From the NCBI GenBank assembly GCA_026416665.1, contig JAOAET010000041.1, forward strand, positions 10,425 through 74,424: a stretch of DNA of 64,000 nt, written 5' to 3'. Position numbers and translations under genes: made by a program. The stretch comes from Candidatus Omnitrophota bacterium. Its GTDB lineage: Bacteria > Omnitrophota > Gorgyraeia > Gygaellales > Profunditerraquicolaceae. The notes under the pieces were generated by a model. It had not been told where the DNA came from. It worked only from the letters and a program-made list of their open reading frames with translations, and did no database searches. Positions 19,582 to 29,400 of the stretch are shown here, in pieces. Position 1 is the first letter of the stretch, and every line of letters starts with the position of its first letter.

Positions 19582-19807
19582 TTTATTAATAAAAATATAC
19601 TACCTATTTGTTGCCTTACATTATACTCTGTTTCGATTAGTAACTTAGTAACACCTTGATTTATAGTATTTTACCCACTTGTTTTTTATCTGACCTCTAA
19701 CTGCCTGATACGTTCGCTAAGATAATGTTCAGTTAATACAACAAGGTTTTATTCTATGTAATACTTAAGTAAAGACGGGCATTATAAACAGACCAAGTAA
19801 AATTTCC

Positions 19808-19836
19808 TTGACAAATCTTCTTAAAGAATTAAACTA
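19808..19836 (+). promoter_or_regulatory. sigma70-like promoter candidate (TTGACA-N16/17-TAAACT) for the cytochrome c gene
   Basis: A perfect -35 TTGACA at 19808..19813 and a 4/6 -10 about 17 nt downstream. A strong RBS AAGGAGGTGA is at 19843..19852. Confidence 0.4.
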
Positions 19837-19856
19837 AAAATAAAGGAGGTGATAAG

Positions 19857-20198
19857 ATGAAAAGATATAGTATTTTAGGCTTTGTTCTAGCATTAGTCAT
19901 AGCTGTAGTCTTGGCGATAAACGGTTATATTGCCGTTCAGGCACAGTCAGCCCCTGAGAAAGTTACTTTAAGTGGTGGTTCTTTTGGAGCAGTTACTTTT
20001 AATCATAGCAAACACGCTGAGACCATTGGATGCAAAGACTGCCATCATCAAGGAGAGTTGGACCAAAAATGCAATTCTTGTCATACTGCTGAGGCATCTG
20101 TGGATTCTAAAACAGCCTTCCATAAGAGCTGTATAGACTGTCACAAGGAGAAAGAACAGGGGCCTACAGGTTGTATGGATTGTCATAAAAAAGAATAG
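19857..20198 (+). CDS. small periplasmic tetraheme cytochrome c (cytochrome c3-like)
   Basis: Signal peptide plus four CxxCH haem-binding motifs (CKDCHH, CNSCHT, CIDCHK, CMDCHK) in 113 aa. Confidence 0.8.
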   Translation: MKRYSILGFVLALVIAVVLAINGYIAVQAQSAPEKVTLSGGSFGAVTFNHSKHAETIGCKDCHHQGELDQKCNSCHTAEASVDSKTAFHKSCIDCHKEKEQGPTGCMDCHKKE

Positions 20199-20217
20199 CT
20201 TAATGGTTTTTAAAAAA

Positions 20218-20256
20218 GCGGACATTGTTACTTATAGCAATGTCCGACTTTTTTTG
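20218..20256 (+). terminator. Rho-independent terminator
   Basis: GCGGACATTG / CAATGTCCG(A)C hairpin with a 10-nt loop, followed by a TTTTTTT run. Confidence 0.6.
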
Positions 20257-20293
20257 TTGAGGCTGAGAATGTTTTAAGCTATAATCAAAAAAT

Positions 20294-22303
20294 ATGGAAA
20301 ATACTACTTTACAAACTTATGGTAGTAAGTTTGTTTCTCAGCTTCTAACCACAATTCGGCTTATTTCCATTTATCCTGCCAAACATCCTCTTATTGTTAA
20401 CGCCTTGAAAACACTGATGAGCTACTTGGAATCTTTACTTACTACAGAAGACGTTCTAGAATTGGCTATTTCTCCAGATAACAGGGTTATTCTTAATCAA
20501 TTTGTTATTCAAGAAAAAGGTCAAGGTACAGTTAATGATTTTATTTCTCTATTTAAGAAACTAGAAGTAGAAAGTCTTATTTTTTCGCGGGGTCTAACCG
20601 TAGAAGAAATGGACAACTTTGTTAAATTTTTTATTAGTGATAAAGAAAAACTTAAATCCAAGCAAAACCTAAATACATTTTTCGAGGCACAGGGAATAAA
20701 GCATATCAAAGCCCGGCAGTATGAGTATCTGAAAATAGAAAAAGGTAAAGAGGCGACCCTTTTGGAAGGTAAGCTGAAAGACGTAGAGTTATTGAAGAAA
20801 AAAATAAAAGATTTTAGCCAAAAAAAGATATCAGAACCTGCTGATATACAAACTATTCAGGAAGGCGTTTTTAATCTAGTAAAAGAGGAATTCAAGCAAG
20901 AAGGAAAAATAAACAGTTCTATAAAAATACTTTTAAAAAAATTTATATTACATTCTTCAGACCATAATAATGTTCTAGAAAAATTGCGCCAAGCACTTAT
21001 TGATTTTGGTTGCCCCCCAGAACAAGTAGATAGTTTGATTAGCAGGATAAGGGAGGAAATTTCTCAGCCCCAGCAGTCTCGTGCGCGAATAACTAAAGAG
21101 GATTTGGAACTGTTACAGAGACAGAATAACCAGTTGAAAGAACAGTTAACAACTCTTCGTCAGGAAATAGAAAGACACAGATGGGCGTTAGAAGAACTAA
21201 AAAAAGAAAATAGAAAAATTATTAGTGAAAAACAGCGTATTGATAACATTGTTCATAATATGGCAGAGGGAATGGTGGTAGTTGACGCAGAGGGAAAAAT
21301 TATTTTGGTAAATCCTGCTGCCGAGCAGCTTTTAGGAATTACTAAAGAAGATATTGGTAAGCCCATACGCCAGGTAATTAAAGACGAACATCTATTGACC
21401 TTGACTAAGCAAATTACTGCCGATGCAGAAGGGATAGTAGAGAAAGACATTGAGTTGGTTTCAGCAGATGAATCTACCAAGCGGGTTCTACGAACTAGCT
21501 CTGCAGTAGTTGAAGATAATGAGGGACGAACTGTGGGTATGGTTACGATGCTAAATGATATTACTCGTCAGAAAGAAATTGAGAATCTAAAAAGTCAGTT
21601 TGTAGCAAGCGTTTCCCATGAGTTACGTACACCTTTAGTGGCTATTGAGAAGTCTATTAGTTTAATGTTAAGCAAAGCCGCAGGAGAAATTAACGAAACC
21701 CAGAGTCAATTCCTTAATATAGCAGAACGTAATCTTAAGCGCCTGACCGCGTTGATTAATGACCTTTTAGATTTGTCTAAACTTGAAGCAGGGAAAATGG
21801 TCCTAAAACGAAGACCTGTCTCGCTTGCTTCGCTTATTCAGGATGCCATAGAAAGTATGTTGAATTGGGCCGGGAGTAAATCTATTGCTCTAAAAAAAGA
21901 AATTGCGCAGGATTTGCCACTTATTGAACTTGACCCGGATCGGATTATTCAGGTTTTAAACAATCTTATTGGTAATGCTATTAAATATACTCCATCTGGA
22001 GGTCAGATTACTGTTAAAGCCAGATTTGTCAGTCAAGAGCACTGTGTGGAAGTAGAAGTAGAGGATACAGGTATTGGGATTCCTGAGGAGGATTTAGATA
22101 AGGTATTTGAAAAGTTTTACCAGGCAAAAGGACATGAGCAAACTGAGATTAAAGGCACAGGGATAGGTCTTGCAATAGTTAAAGAGATAGTCACCCTTCA
22201 TGGAGGAAAAGTATGGGTAGAAAGTCAGTTGGGTAAAGGGTCACGTTTCTTTTTTACTATTCCGCAGACAGGGGAGGAAGATAATGACAGACAACCAAAT
22301 TAA
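20294..22303 (+). CDS. PAS-domain sensor histidine kinase with long coiled-coil/HAMP-less N-terminal region
   Basis: PAS (VVDAEGKIILVNPAAEQLLG), H-box SHELRTPL, HATPase_c N/G boxes (NLIGNAIKYT, GTGIGLAIV). 669 aa. Confidence 0.8.
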   Translation: MENTTLQTYGSKFVSQLLTTIRLISIYPAKHPLIVNALKTLMSYLESLLTTEDVLELAISPDNRVILNQFVIQEKGQGTVNDFISLFKKLEVESLIFSRGLTVEEMDNFVKFFISDKEKLKSKQNLNTFFEAQGIKHIKARQYEYLKIEKGKEATLLEGKLKDVELLKKKIKDFSQKKISEPADIQTIQEGVFNLVKEEFKQEGKINSSIKILLKKFILHSSDHNNVLEKLRQALIDFGCPPEQVDSLISRIREEISQPQQSRARITKEDLELLQRQNNQLKEQLTTLRQEIERHRWALEELKKENRKIISEKQRIDNIVHNMAEGMVVVDAEGKIILVNPAAEQLLGITKEDIGKPIRQVIKDEHLLTLTKQITADAEGIVEKDIELVSADESTKRVLRTSSAVVEDNEGRTVGMVTMLNDITRQKEIENLKSQFVASVSHELRTPLVAIEKSISLMLSKAAGEINETQSQFLNIAERNLKRLTALINDLLDLSKLEAGKMVLKRRPVSLASLIQDAIESMLNWAGSKSIALKKEIAQDLPLIELDPDRIIQVLNNLIGNAIKYTPSGGQITVKARFVSQEHCVEVEVEDTGIGIPEEDLDKVFEKFYQAKGHEQTEIKGTGIGLAIVKEIVTLHGGKVWVESQLGKGSRFFFTIPQTGEEDNDRQPN

Positions 22304-22673
22304 GGTTTTAGTAACCGATGACGAAAAGGATTTTCGGGATCTTTTGGCATTTTGGTTAAAATCTAAAGGGTATGATGTAATCACAGCTAGTAACGGTATT
22401 GAGGCAGTAGAGAAGATTAAACAAGAATCTCCGGATGTTGTCTTTTTAGATTTAAATATGCCGGATAAGTACGGAACTGATACACTTAAAGAAATCAAAT
22501 CCTTTAATAAAGATTTACCCGTAATAATCATTAGCGCCCATGTAGACGACCGTAGAGCAAAGGAGGCAATGGATTTAGGTGTTGCTGGTGTATTTTATAA
22601 GGGCAGTGACTTTCAGCAAGGGCTTACTCTTTTAGAAGCAGCTCTCCATACCCATAAAAAGCTTAAGAAATAG
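22284..22673 (+). CDS. single-domain response regulator
   Basis: VLVTDDEKDFRD ... VFLDLNMPDKYG receiver motifs. Overlaps the kinase stop by 20 nt (translational coupling). GGGGAGG RBS. Confidence 0.8.
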   Translation: MTDNQIKVLVTDDEKDFRDLLAFWLKSKGYDVITASNGIEAVEKIKQESPDVVFLDLNMPDKYGTDTLKEIKSFNKDLPVIIISAHVDDRRAKEAMDLGVAGVFYKGSDFQQGLTLLEAALHTHKKLKK

Positions 22674-22698
22674 TTTTGTTTTTACTAAAAGAATTTAT

Positions 22699-22725
22699 CC
22701 GCAAGGTACCCTTGCGGTTTTTTTA
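22699..22725 (+). terminator. Rho-independent terminator
   Basis: CCGCAAGG-TAC-CCTTGCGG perfect 8-bp stem followed by TTTTTTTT. Confidence 0.65.
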
Positions 22726-22736
22726 TAAAAGATTTA

Positions 22737-22766
22737 TTGACAATTTAAAAAATTTTAGGATATAAT
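22737..22766 (+). promoter_or_regulatory. sigma70-like promoter (TTGACA-N18-TATAAT) for the secretin module A
   Basis: Consensus -35 at 22737..22742 and consensus -10 at 22761..22766, immediately after the terminator and 66 nt before the MerR-like gene. Confidence 0.55.
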
Positions 22767-22831
22767 AGATTTACGATAATTACCATAACTGTTAAAATTT
22801 TATAAAATCTAAATTCTAAGGAAGTGATTGT

Positions 22832-23089
22832 ATGATAAGAATAATTACCAAAAAATCTGGTGTTGACAATAAACTTATTTCAGCAAAACAGATAATGGCA
22901 AAGTATGGGATTACTTACCAGACAATAAATCACTATACTGATTTAGGGTTATTACCCTTAGTAGAAAAAAAAGGAAACGTTCGTTTCTATAATGAAAAAC
23001 AAGTATGTAAACGCTTATCTAAGATAAAGCATCTTGCTCAGGAAGGATATTCTCTTCGGCTTATTCGCAAAAAACTATTAGGCATATGA
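22832..23089 (+). CDS. MerR-superfamily HTH-only small DNA-binding protein (module A)
   Basis: 85 aa. ISAKQIMAKYGITYQTINHYTDLGLLP...GNVRFYNEKQV...GYSLRLIRKKL fits a MerR N-terminal winged HTH with no effector domain. Paralog of 30003..30233. Confidence 0.6.
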   Translation: MIRIITKKSGVDNKLISAKQIMAKYGITYQTINHYTDLGLLPLVEKKGNVRFYNEKQVCKRLSKIKHLAQEGYSLRLIRKKLLGI

Positions 23090-24102
23090 TATCAAAAAGA
23101 ATATTTTTTATTGTTGGGATAACCAGTCTGATTCTCTTTTTAAATAACAGCATGGTAGTTGCTGAAGAAGTTAAAGAACCACCTAGTAATACGCAAAAAA
23201 TGATTGGTGAGTTTTCTGGTTGGAATGTACCTGTGCCTGTTTCTAACTATAATTTTGTTAAGTATGCAATTTACCTGTTTGGAACTCGCTGGGGAGAGCA
23301 GCCGACTACTGAACAAGAATTAGAAGACAGGGTATGGGAACAACTTATTCTTTCCTATGAAGCTTTCAGGCGTAATATAAAAGTTGAGGAAGCTGAGATT
23401 GATGAAGAAATAGATAAGATGTTGAAGTCAGACAAAGTAAATTTTGACTGGCGCAAGGACCAAGATGCCTTTAAAAAGTGGGTAAAAGATAAAGCAAATA
23501 TTGAGATAAATTTGTTCCGTGAGATACTAAGGCACCTGTTGCAGCTAGAAAAACTTCGGAAAGAGGTATTAGATTCTTTCACCGTAAGTGTAACCGAAGA
23601 AGAGGCACTTAATGAATTTATTAATGAATATAATACTATGGAATTAGAATTGGTGCAATTTGACGAACTTAAAGATGCAGAGAAATTTTTTCAGGAGATG
23701 CAGGATCCTAAGAAGTGGCAAGAGCAGGCGGCTAAAGAACCCAAACGTTATCAACACCCCGGTTTTGTTTCTTTTGAGTTTTTAATTAATATGTGGAAAA
23801 TACCTAAAGAGGATCTTTATAAAATGCTAGAGATGGAGGTGGATTCTATTTATCCACCGCGTCCGATTTATCGCGGATGGGGTGTTTTTAGGATATTAAA
23901 AAAACGACCAGCTGATCCTAAAGAATTTCCCCAGGTACGCGATTCGTATTTTAAACAAGTAGAGATGCTTAAAAAATATGATAAGCTAAAAGAGTGGTTA
24001 AATAAATTAAAAGAGGATGCCAAAATAAAAATATACCCTAAGGTAGAAGAAGATAAAAAGTCTAGCAATAAACTTAACCCAAAGAGAATACTTTTCTGCT
24101 AA
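23086..24102 (+). CDS. secreted periplasmic protein, possibly SurA-N-like chaperone fold
   Basis: Signal peptide and a K/E-rich helical sequence. The domain call is weak. Confidence 0.35.
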   Translation: MISKRIFFIVGITSLILFLNNSMVVAEEVKEPPSNTQKMIGEFSGWNVPVPVSNYNFVKYAIYLFGTRWGEQPTTEQELEDRVWEQLILSYEAFRRNIKVEEAEIDEEIDKMLKSDKVNFDWRKDQDAFKKWVKDKANIEINLFREILRHLLQLEKLRKEVLDSFTVSVTEEEALNEFINEYNTMELELVQFDELKDAEKFFQEMQDPKKWQEQAAKEPKRYQHPGFVSFEFLINMWKIPKEDLYKMLEMEVDSIYPPRPIYRGWGVFRILKKRPADPKEFPQVRDSYFKQVEMLKKYDKLKEWLNKLKEDAKIKIYPKVEEDKKSSNKLNPKRILFC

Positions 24103-24105
24103 AAG

Positions 24106-24642
24106 ATGGCGAATAAAAAACGGGTTATTTTATTGGAAAATATTGTAAGATTCTTTTACGATGAAAGAAATCAATTGGATATCAAAAAAATTAATATTTT
24201 TCTCTTCTGTATCTTGATAGTAGTTATTCTTAATTTTGCGCGTCTGGTTATAACTTCCGCACAAGCAATAAGTAGGATTGATCTTGAAAAAGGCATTTCT
24301 TTGGAACCACCTGCTCTTTTGTCAACCCCAAAAGAAGACAGTAATTTACCAGAACTAAATAATTACTTACCGGCTATAAAACAACGCAATATCTTTAGAA
24401 TGGGAAAGTTTAGTCAACTGAGAGAGGAAACTACTTCTGGTAAGGCTCAGGAGATCAAGGCACAATATCAGCTAGTAGGTATTTCTTGGTCAGATGACCC
24501 TGATGCACTCATTGAAGACACTAAGCTACAGAAGACTTATTTTGTAAAAAAAGGCCAGTTGGTCGGAGATATGAAGGTAGAAGCAATCTATCGTGATAGG
24601 GTGGTATTGCGGTTAGGACAAGACCTTATTGAGTTAAAATGA
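24106..24642 (+). CDS. PilP/GspC-like secretin-interacting protein (N-terminal TM + C-terminal beta domain)
   Basis: TM helix. The C-terminus YQLVGISWSDDPDALIEDTKLQKTYFVKKGQLVGDMKVEAIYRDRVVLRLGQDLIEL follows the PilP/GspC HR-domain pattern (G.VKV..I..D.VVL). Confidence 0.45.
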   Translation: MANKKRVILLENIVRFFYDERNQLDIKKINIFLFCILIVVILNFARLVITSAQAISRIDLEKGISLEPPALLSTPKEDSNLPELNNYLPAIKQRNIFRMGKFSQLREETTSGKAQEIKAQYQLVGISWSDDPDALIEDTKLQKTYFVKKGQLVGDMKVEAIYRDRVVLRLGQDLIELK

Positions 24643-26474
24643 GATATTTCTTTGTAAGAGGGTTTAAAATCAAGTTTTGCTTTTTCGTTTTTTGTTTAGT
24701 AGCTTTTTTTTACATACTTGATTTTTTAAAAGTTGAGGCAGAAGAATTGAAGCAACTTGCTCAGGTACCCTCAATTACTCCTTTGATGGTGGGCCCTTCC
24801 TATGAAGAAAACAAAGTAAATATAGGTATGCAGGGAACTATTTCTCTTGACTTACGTAATATAGATATTGTAGATGCATTAAAGTTTCTTGCTACAAAGG
24901 CAAAAATAAATATTATCACCACCAAAAATGTTGCAGGAAGAGTTACATTGTTGGTAGAGAATGCAGTTATTCAAGATGTCTTTGATATAATATTGCGCAG
25001 TAATAATCTTGCTTACGATAAGAAAGGTGACATATATAATGTGATGACCCAAGAAGAATACCGTATCTTATATGGGAAAAACTTCTCAGATGTAAGACAA
25101 GTAAAAGTGTTTTATCTTAAATATGCAATCCCTGAACAGGCTTTTGCTCTTATTGATATGTTAAAAAGTGAAATAGGTCGCGTTTTGGTTGATCCAGAGA
25201 CAGGTAGTATTATGGTGATGGATTCTCCTGAAAGGCTTACTTTGATTGAAGAGGTATTGAAAGATTTTGAAGCAAAAAATACCATTAAGGTTATAAAACT
25301 CAATTATGCAAAGGCAAAAGATATTGAAGAGGCTTTAAAGAATCAACTTGATATCAAAAAGGTAGGATTAATTAAGGCAGACGAGCGTGGTAATCAGATA
25401 ATTGTCCAGACACTGCCGGAACGGATGGAACAGATTGAGGCATTAGTGAAAGCTTTAGACCAAAAGACAAGACAAATCATTATTGAAGTAAGTATAGTAC
25501 AAATCAATTTAAATGATATACTTACACAAGGAATTCAATGGGAAGGCCTGTTTAATCTTTTTTCTAATTCCAAGAAGCTATTGTATCTTGGTTCCTATCC
25601 TTTCAGCTCTGTTCAAGCTTCTAACGACCCTTGGCGGTCAAGATATTCCACCTGGCAGACAGTAGGAAATGTAGGTTCTTATCCTTTTAGTGGCACTACT
25701 TCTAACTACTCAGCCAGCAGACCAGTAATTTCAACTAGCACTATGCATTTAGGTCTAGTAGGCACACAAGACTTTGATATATTGTTGCAATATCTTCAGA
25801 CATTGGGTAGTACTCGTATAATCTCTAATCCTAAGATTGCAGTAACCAACAATCAAGAGGCGAAGATTCATGTAGGACAAAAAGAGGCATATGTAACCAC
25901 AACAACTACTACTGGTCAGACTACTAATACTGTCTCAGAAGAGGTGAATTTTGTTGATGTCGGTGTGATATTGTCCGTAGTTCCCACTATTAATGAAGAG
26001 GGTTTTATTAATTTAAAGGTAAAAGCAGAGGTAAATTCAGTTATTGATACCCTAATTACTCCGACTGAAAATAAAATACCTATTATTGATACTTCCTTAG
26101 CAGAAACCACTGTTCTTGTGAAAGAAGGTGCCACAGTTATTATTGGGGGATTACGTAAAGATACAAAAAATGAGCTGATTAAACAAACTCCCTATTTAAG
26201 TAAAATACCATTATTCGGAAATCTTTTTAAATTTAAGACCAAAGAAACTGTGCACAGCGAGTTAATGATTGTAATGACACCGAAAATTATAAGTGGAGAG
26301 GTATTTGTAGCTACTGCGGAAGGAAAACTTGCTGGACAGTCAGGCTTAAAACCCACAAGAGATTATGAAAGTAAATTGGAGGATTTTAAGCCACAACCTT
26401 CAGCTGATAAGGTATATGTACCAATAGGAAAAGATGAAAGACTACAACTTAGACCATTACGAAAACAAAACTAA
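24639..26474 (+). CDS. secretin (PilQ/GspD/MshL-like outer-membrane channel), module A
   Basis: N-terminal secretin_N-type repeats. C-terminal secretin domain: NPKIAVTNNQEAKIHVG...VKEGATVIIGGL...TPYLSKIPLFGNLFK...ELMIVMTPKII. Confidence 0.8.
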   Translation: MRYFFVRGFKIKFCFFVFCLVAFFYILDFLKVEAEELKQLAQVPSITPLMVGPSYEENKVNIGMQGTISLDLRNIDIVDALKFLATKAKINIITTKNVAGRVTLLVENAVIQDVFDIILRSNNLAYDKKGDIYNVMTQEEYRILYGKNFSDVRQVKVFYLKYAIPEQAFALIDMLKSEIGRVLVDPETGSIMVMDSPERLTLIEEVLKDFEAKNTIKVIKLNYAKAKDIEEALKNQLDIKKVGLIKADERGNQIIVQTLPERMEQIEALVKALDQKTRQIIIEVSIVQINLNDILTQGIQWEGLFNLFSNSKKLLYLGSYPFSSVQASNDPWRSRYSTWQTVGNVGSYPFSGTTSNYSASRPVISTSTMHLGLVGTQDFDILLQYLQTLGSTRIISNPKIAVTNNQEAKIHVGQKEAYVTTTTTTGQTTNTVSEEVNFVDVGVILSVVPTINEEGFINLKVKAEVNSVIDTLITPTENKIPIIDTSLAETTVLVKEGATVIIGGLRKDTKNELIKQTPYLSKIPLFGNLFKFKTKETVHSELMIVMTPKIISGEVFVATAEGKLAGQSGLKPTRDYESKLEDFKPQPSADKVYVPIGKDERLQLRPLRKQN

Positions 26475-26488
26475 CCAAAGAGCTCTTT

Positions 26489-29400
26489 ATGAGAAAAATA
26501 ATTTTTAACAAAAAAATTGTGGAAGAGGCATTGTTAATATCAATTATTGGGTTAGTTATTGCAGGTTTAAACGAACCAACATTTGCAAAGGAAAGAAGTA
26601 AATCAAAAACAGAAACCCAACTTCGGGAAGTAGACATTCTTAGGAAAGAATTGTTGAAGGCCCAAGAGGCTTTGGCTAATTTAAAATCCTTATATGCTGA
26701 TAAAGAAATTCAAGTGAAGCAGCTTTCTTTAAAATTGACTAAACTTGAAGAGGATTTTAGACAAGCACAGGAAACAGTTATTAGATTAAGAAGAGACAAA
26801 GAGGAATTAAGCCAACTTCAGACAAAACTTTCTTTGCAGCTAAAATCTTTAGAGACAGAAAAAGCAATTTTAAAGAAACAAAATGAGCTTCTTTCAACTT
26901 GTAATGAGGAAAATAAGGCGAAGACAAAAGAATTAACGGTACTGAGGGCAAACTGCGCTAAACAAAATCAAGACTTTTTGAATAAACAACAAGAGCTAGA
27001 GGCTACAATTGCAGCTTATGAAAACAAAAATCAACAGCTTATACAACAAAAGGCAGAATTAGAGTTAAAATATGCTTCTTGTAGTCAAGCCTTAACTGAA
27101 CGTAAAAACTTTGAAATTAGTTGCTTGGCACAGAAAGAGTCACTGCTAAAAGAATTACAAGACGTTAGACGGCAAAGAGATATGTTACAGAAAGATTTGG
27201 CTTCTGCTCAGGCTCAGACTGCAGAGGTATCTAATCTTTACGAGCGCCTAAAGCAACAACAGCAGATGGAAGAAGAACTTGGTCAGTTGCGTCGTAACGT
27301 TGCGCAGTTGCAAAATGAACTGAAAATATCACAAGAGCAAAATAAAAAGCTTTCGGAGATAGCTTCTAAATACAATAAACAAGCAGACTTAGCTGATCAG
27401 CTGTATCAACTACGAAAGCAATTGTCTATTTGTGAGGCGCAACGGATCCAACTAGAAAAACAACAACAGCAGCCCGATGTTCAAATTAGCCGTTTACGTT
27501 CTGAGATTGCACAGCTTGAAAAACAAAAATTGATGTTGGAAGAGACTTGTAATAAAGCTAAAAAGCAGCATGATGAATTAGGACGCAAGCTATCCGAAAT
27601 GAGCAAAAAATTACAGTTACTGCAAAATGAAAATAAGATGCTTAAGGAAAGTGTTTTGGCTTCGGATAAACAGACGTTGCTAAAAGAACTTGAGCTTCTA
27701 CGTAGGGATTTAGAAAAGAGCCAAGAAGAGAAGAAAAAGATAGAAGATTCCGCAAGACAAAATAAGCAAGAAACCCAAAAGGCACAACAACAGCTTGAGG
27801 TATTACGTAATAAACTAACTGCTTTAAAGACCTGTGAAGAAAATATAGAAAAACAAAGACAGCAATTAGCGGATTGTCAAGAACGTGTAAATCAAATAGA
27901 GTTACTTAAAAAGGAATTAGAATCCTTACGCACTAAGAATCAACATTTACAACAGCAAGTTCAGCAATGCACAGCGACTAATCAGCAGGGAAATACTTCC
28001 TTAAATAAAGAATTGGAGAAAGCTAATAAAGAACTGGAATTATTGCGTCATACTAACCAGCAGTTAGAGAAAAAAGCGCAAGAAATTTTTACCTTAAGAC
28101 AGAAAGAATCAGATGAGAAAACAAAGGAAATAGCTCTCCTCAAGAAAGAAATGGAAGATTTACGTAATATAAACAATAAACTCCAGCAAAGAATACAGCA
28201 GGCCGATGAAGAAGTAAAAGAGAAGAAAAAATGTGCTGAAGAGATTAATCTATTAAAAAGAGAACTTAAACAGGTGAATGACAAAAATAGGCAACTAAGT
28301 AAAAAAATAGAAGGGTGCCAAGCAGGAAGTCAACAGCAGCTGGTTGAATGTAACAAGAGAGTTGAATATCTTAACAAAGAATTAGAACAACTACGTAGCG
28401 TAAATAAAAAATTACAACAGAAAAGCGAAGAGGTTCTGACAACTCCAAAAGATTCCGCGCAGGAGAATAAAGAATACATTCAGTTAAAAGAAAAATATAG
28501 GCAATTAGAACAGGAACGCAATCGCCTTCAAGAAGAAATTAAGCAATTACAAAAACAACAGGCAGATTTAGTTACTCAATATGAAGCACGGTTAAAGAAA
28601 GAACCTATGCTTTCTAAGTCTTCCACTGATAGTAGCGAAACCGTCGCAATCCTCAAACAGGAGTTAACTAAAGCGCAGGAATTGTCCTATCAACTGGTTA
28701 AGGAGAAAGCGGATTGCCAGAAACGGTACGAGGAGCTTAGCGAACAGCTAAATAAAGCTTTATTAGTTAAAGAAGCTCAAGAGAAAGAAAAACAGGATAT
28801 AGAGCGGAAAAATAAAGAACTAGAAGAACAATACAAAAACTTATCATTACAGCTTTCGCGGCTAATGATACAGTATGGAGAATTAGGACAACAAAATCAA
28901 CAACTAACCAATGCTAACGCCAATTGCCGTAGTGAAATTGTTTCTGTTCAGAACAAACTACAACAAGCAGAACAATTGGTATCTTCACTTCAGTTAGAAG
29001 TGGAAAGGATGAAAAAAGAAAATAATGACCTCAATGTAAAGTTTTTTAACGAAAAGTTACAACGAGAACAAGATGTTGCTTTGGTGCAGGCGCAATGTAA
29101 CCAGCAGATTGCCTTAAAAGAGGGTGAATATGTTCAGCTTTCGAAAAAATTTGAAGATTTTCGTAATCAAAAACAGGTTCAGGTTACTGCTTTAGAAAAT
29201 GAACTTGCTTCGGTTAAGAAAGAATTAGCCGATGCACAAAATCTTTCCTTTCAGATGGTTCAGGAAAAAGGTTCCCTTTCCGGGCAACTTAAAAAGCTAA
29301 CAGAACAGTTACAAGCCACAGAAAATCAAAATACTCTTTTAATACAGCAAAAGACAGAATTAGAAAAACAAAATGCTTTCTTAAAGGAACAGTATATCTC

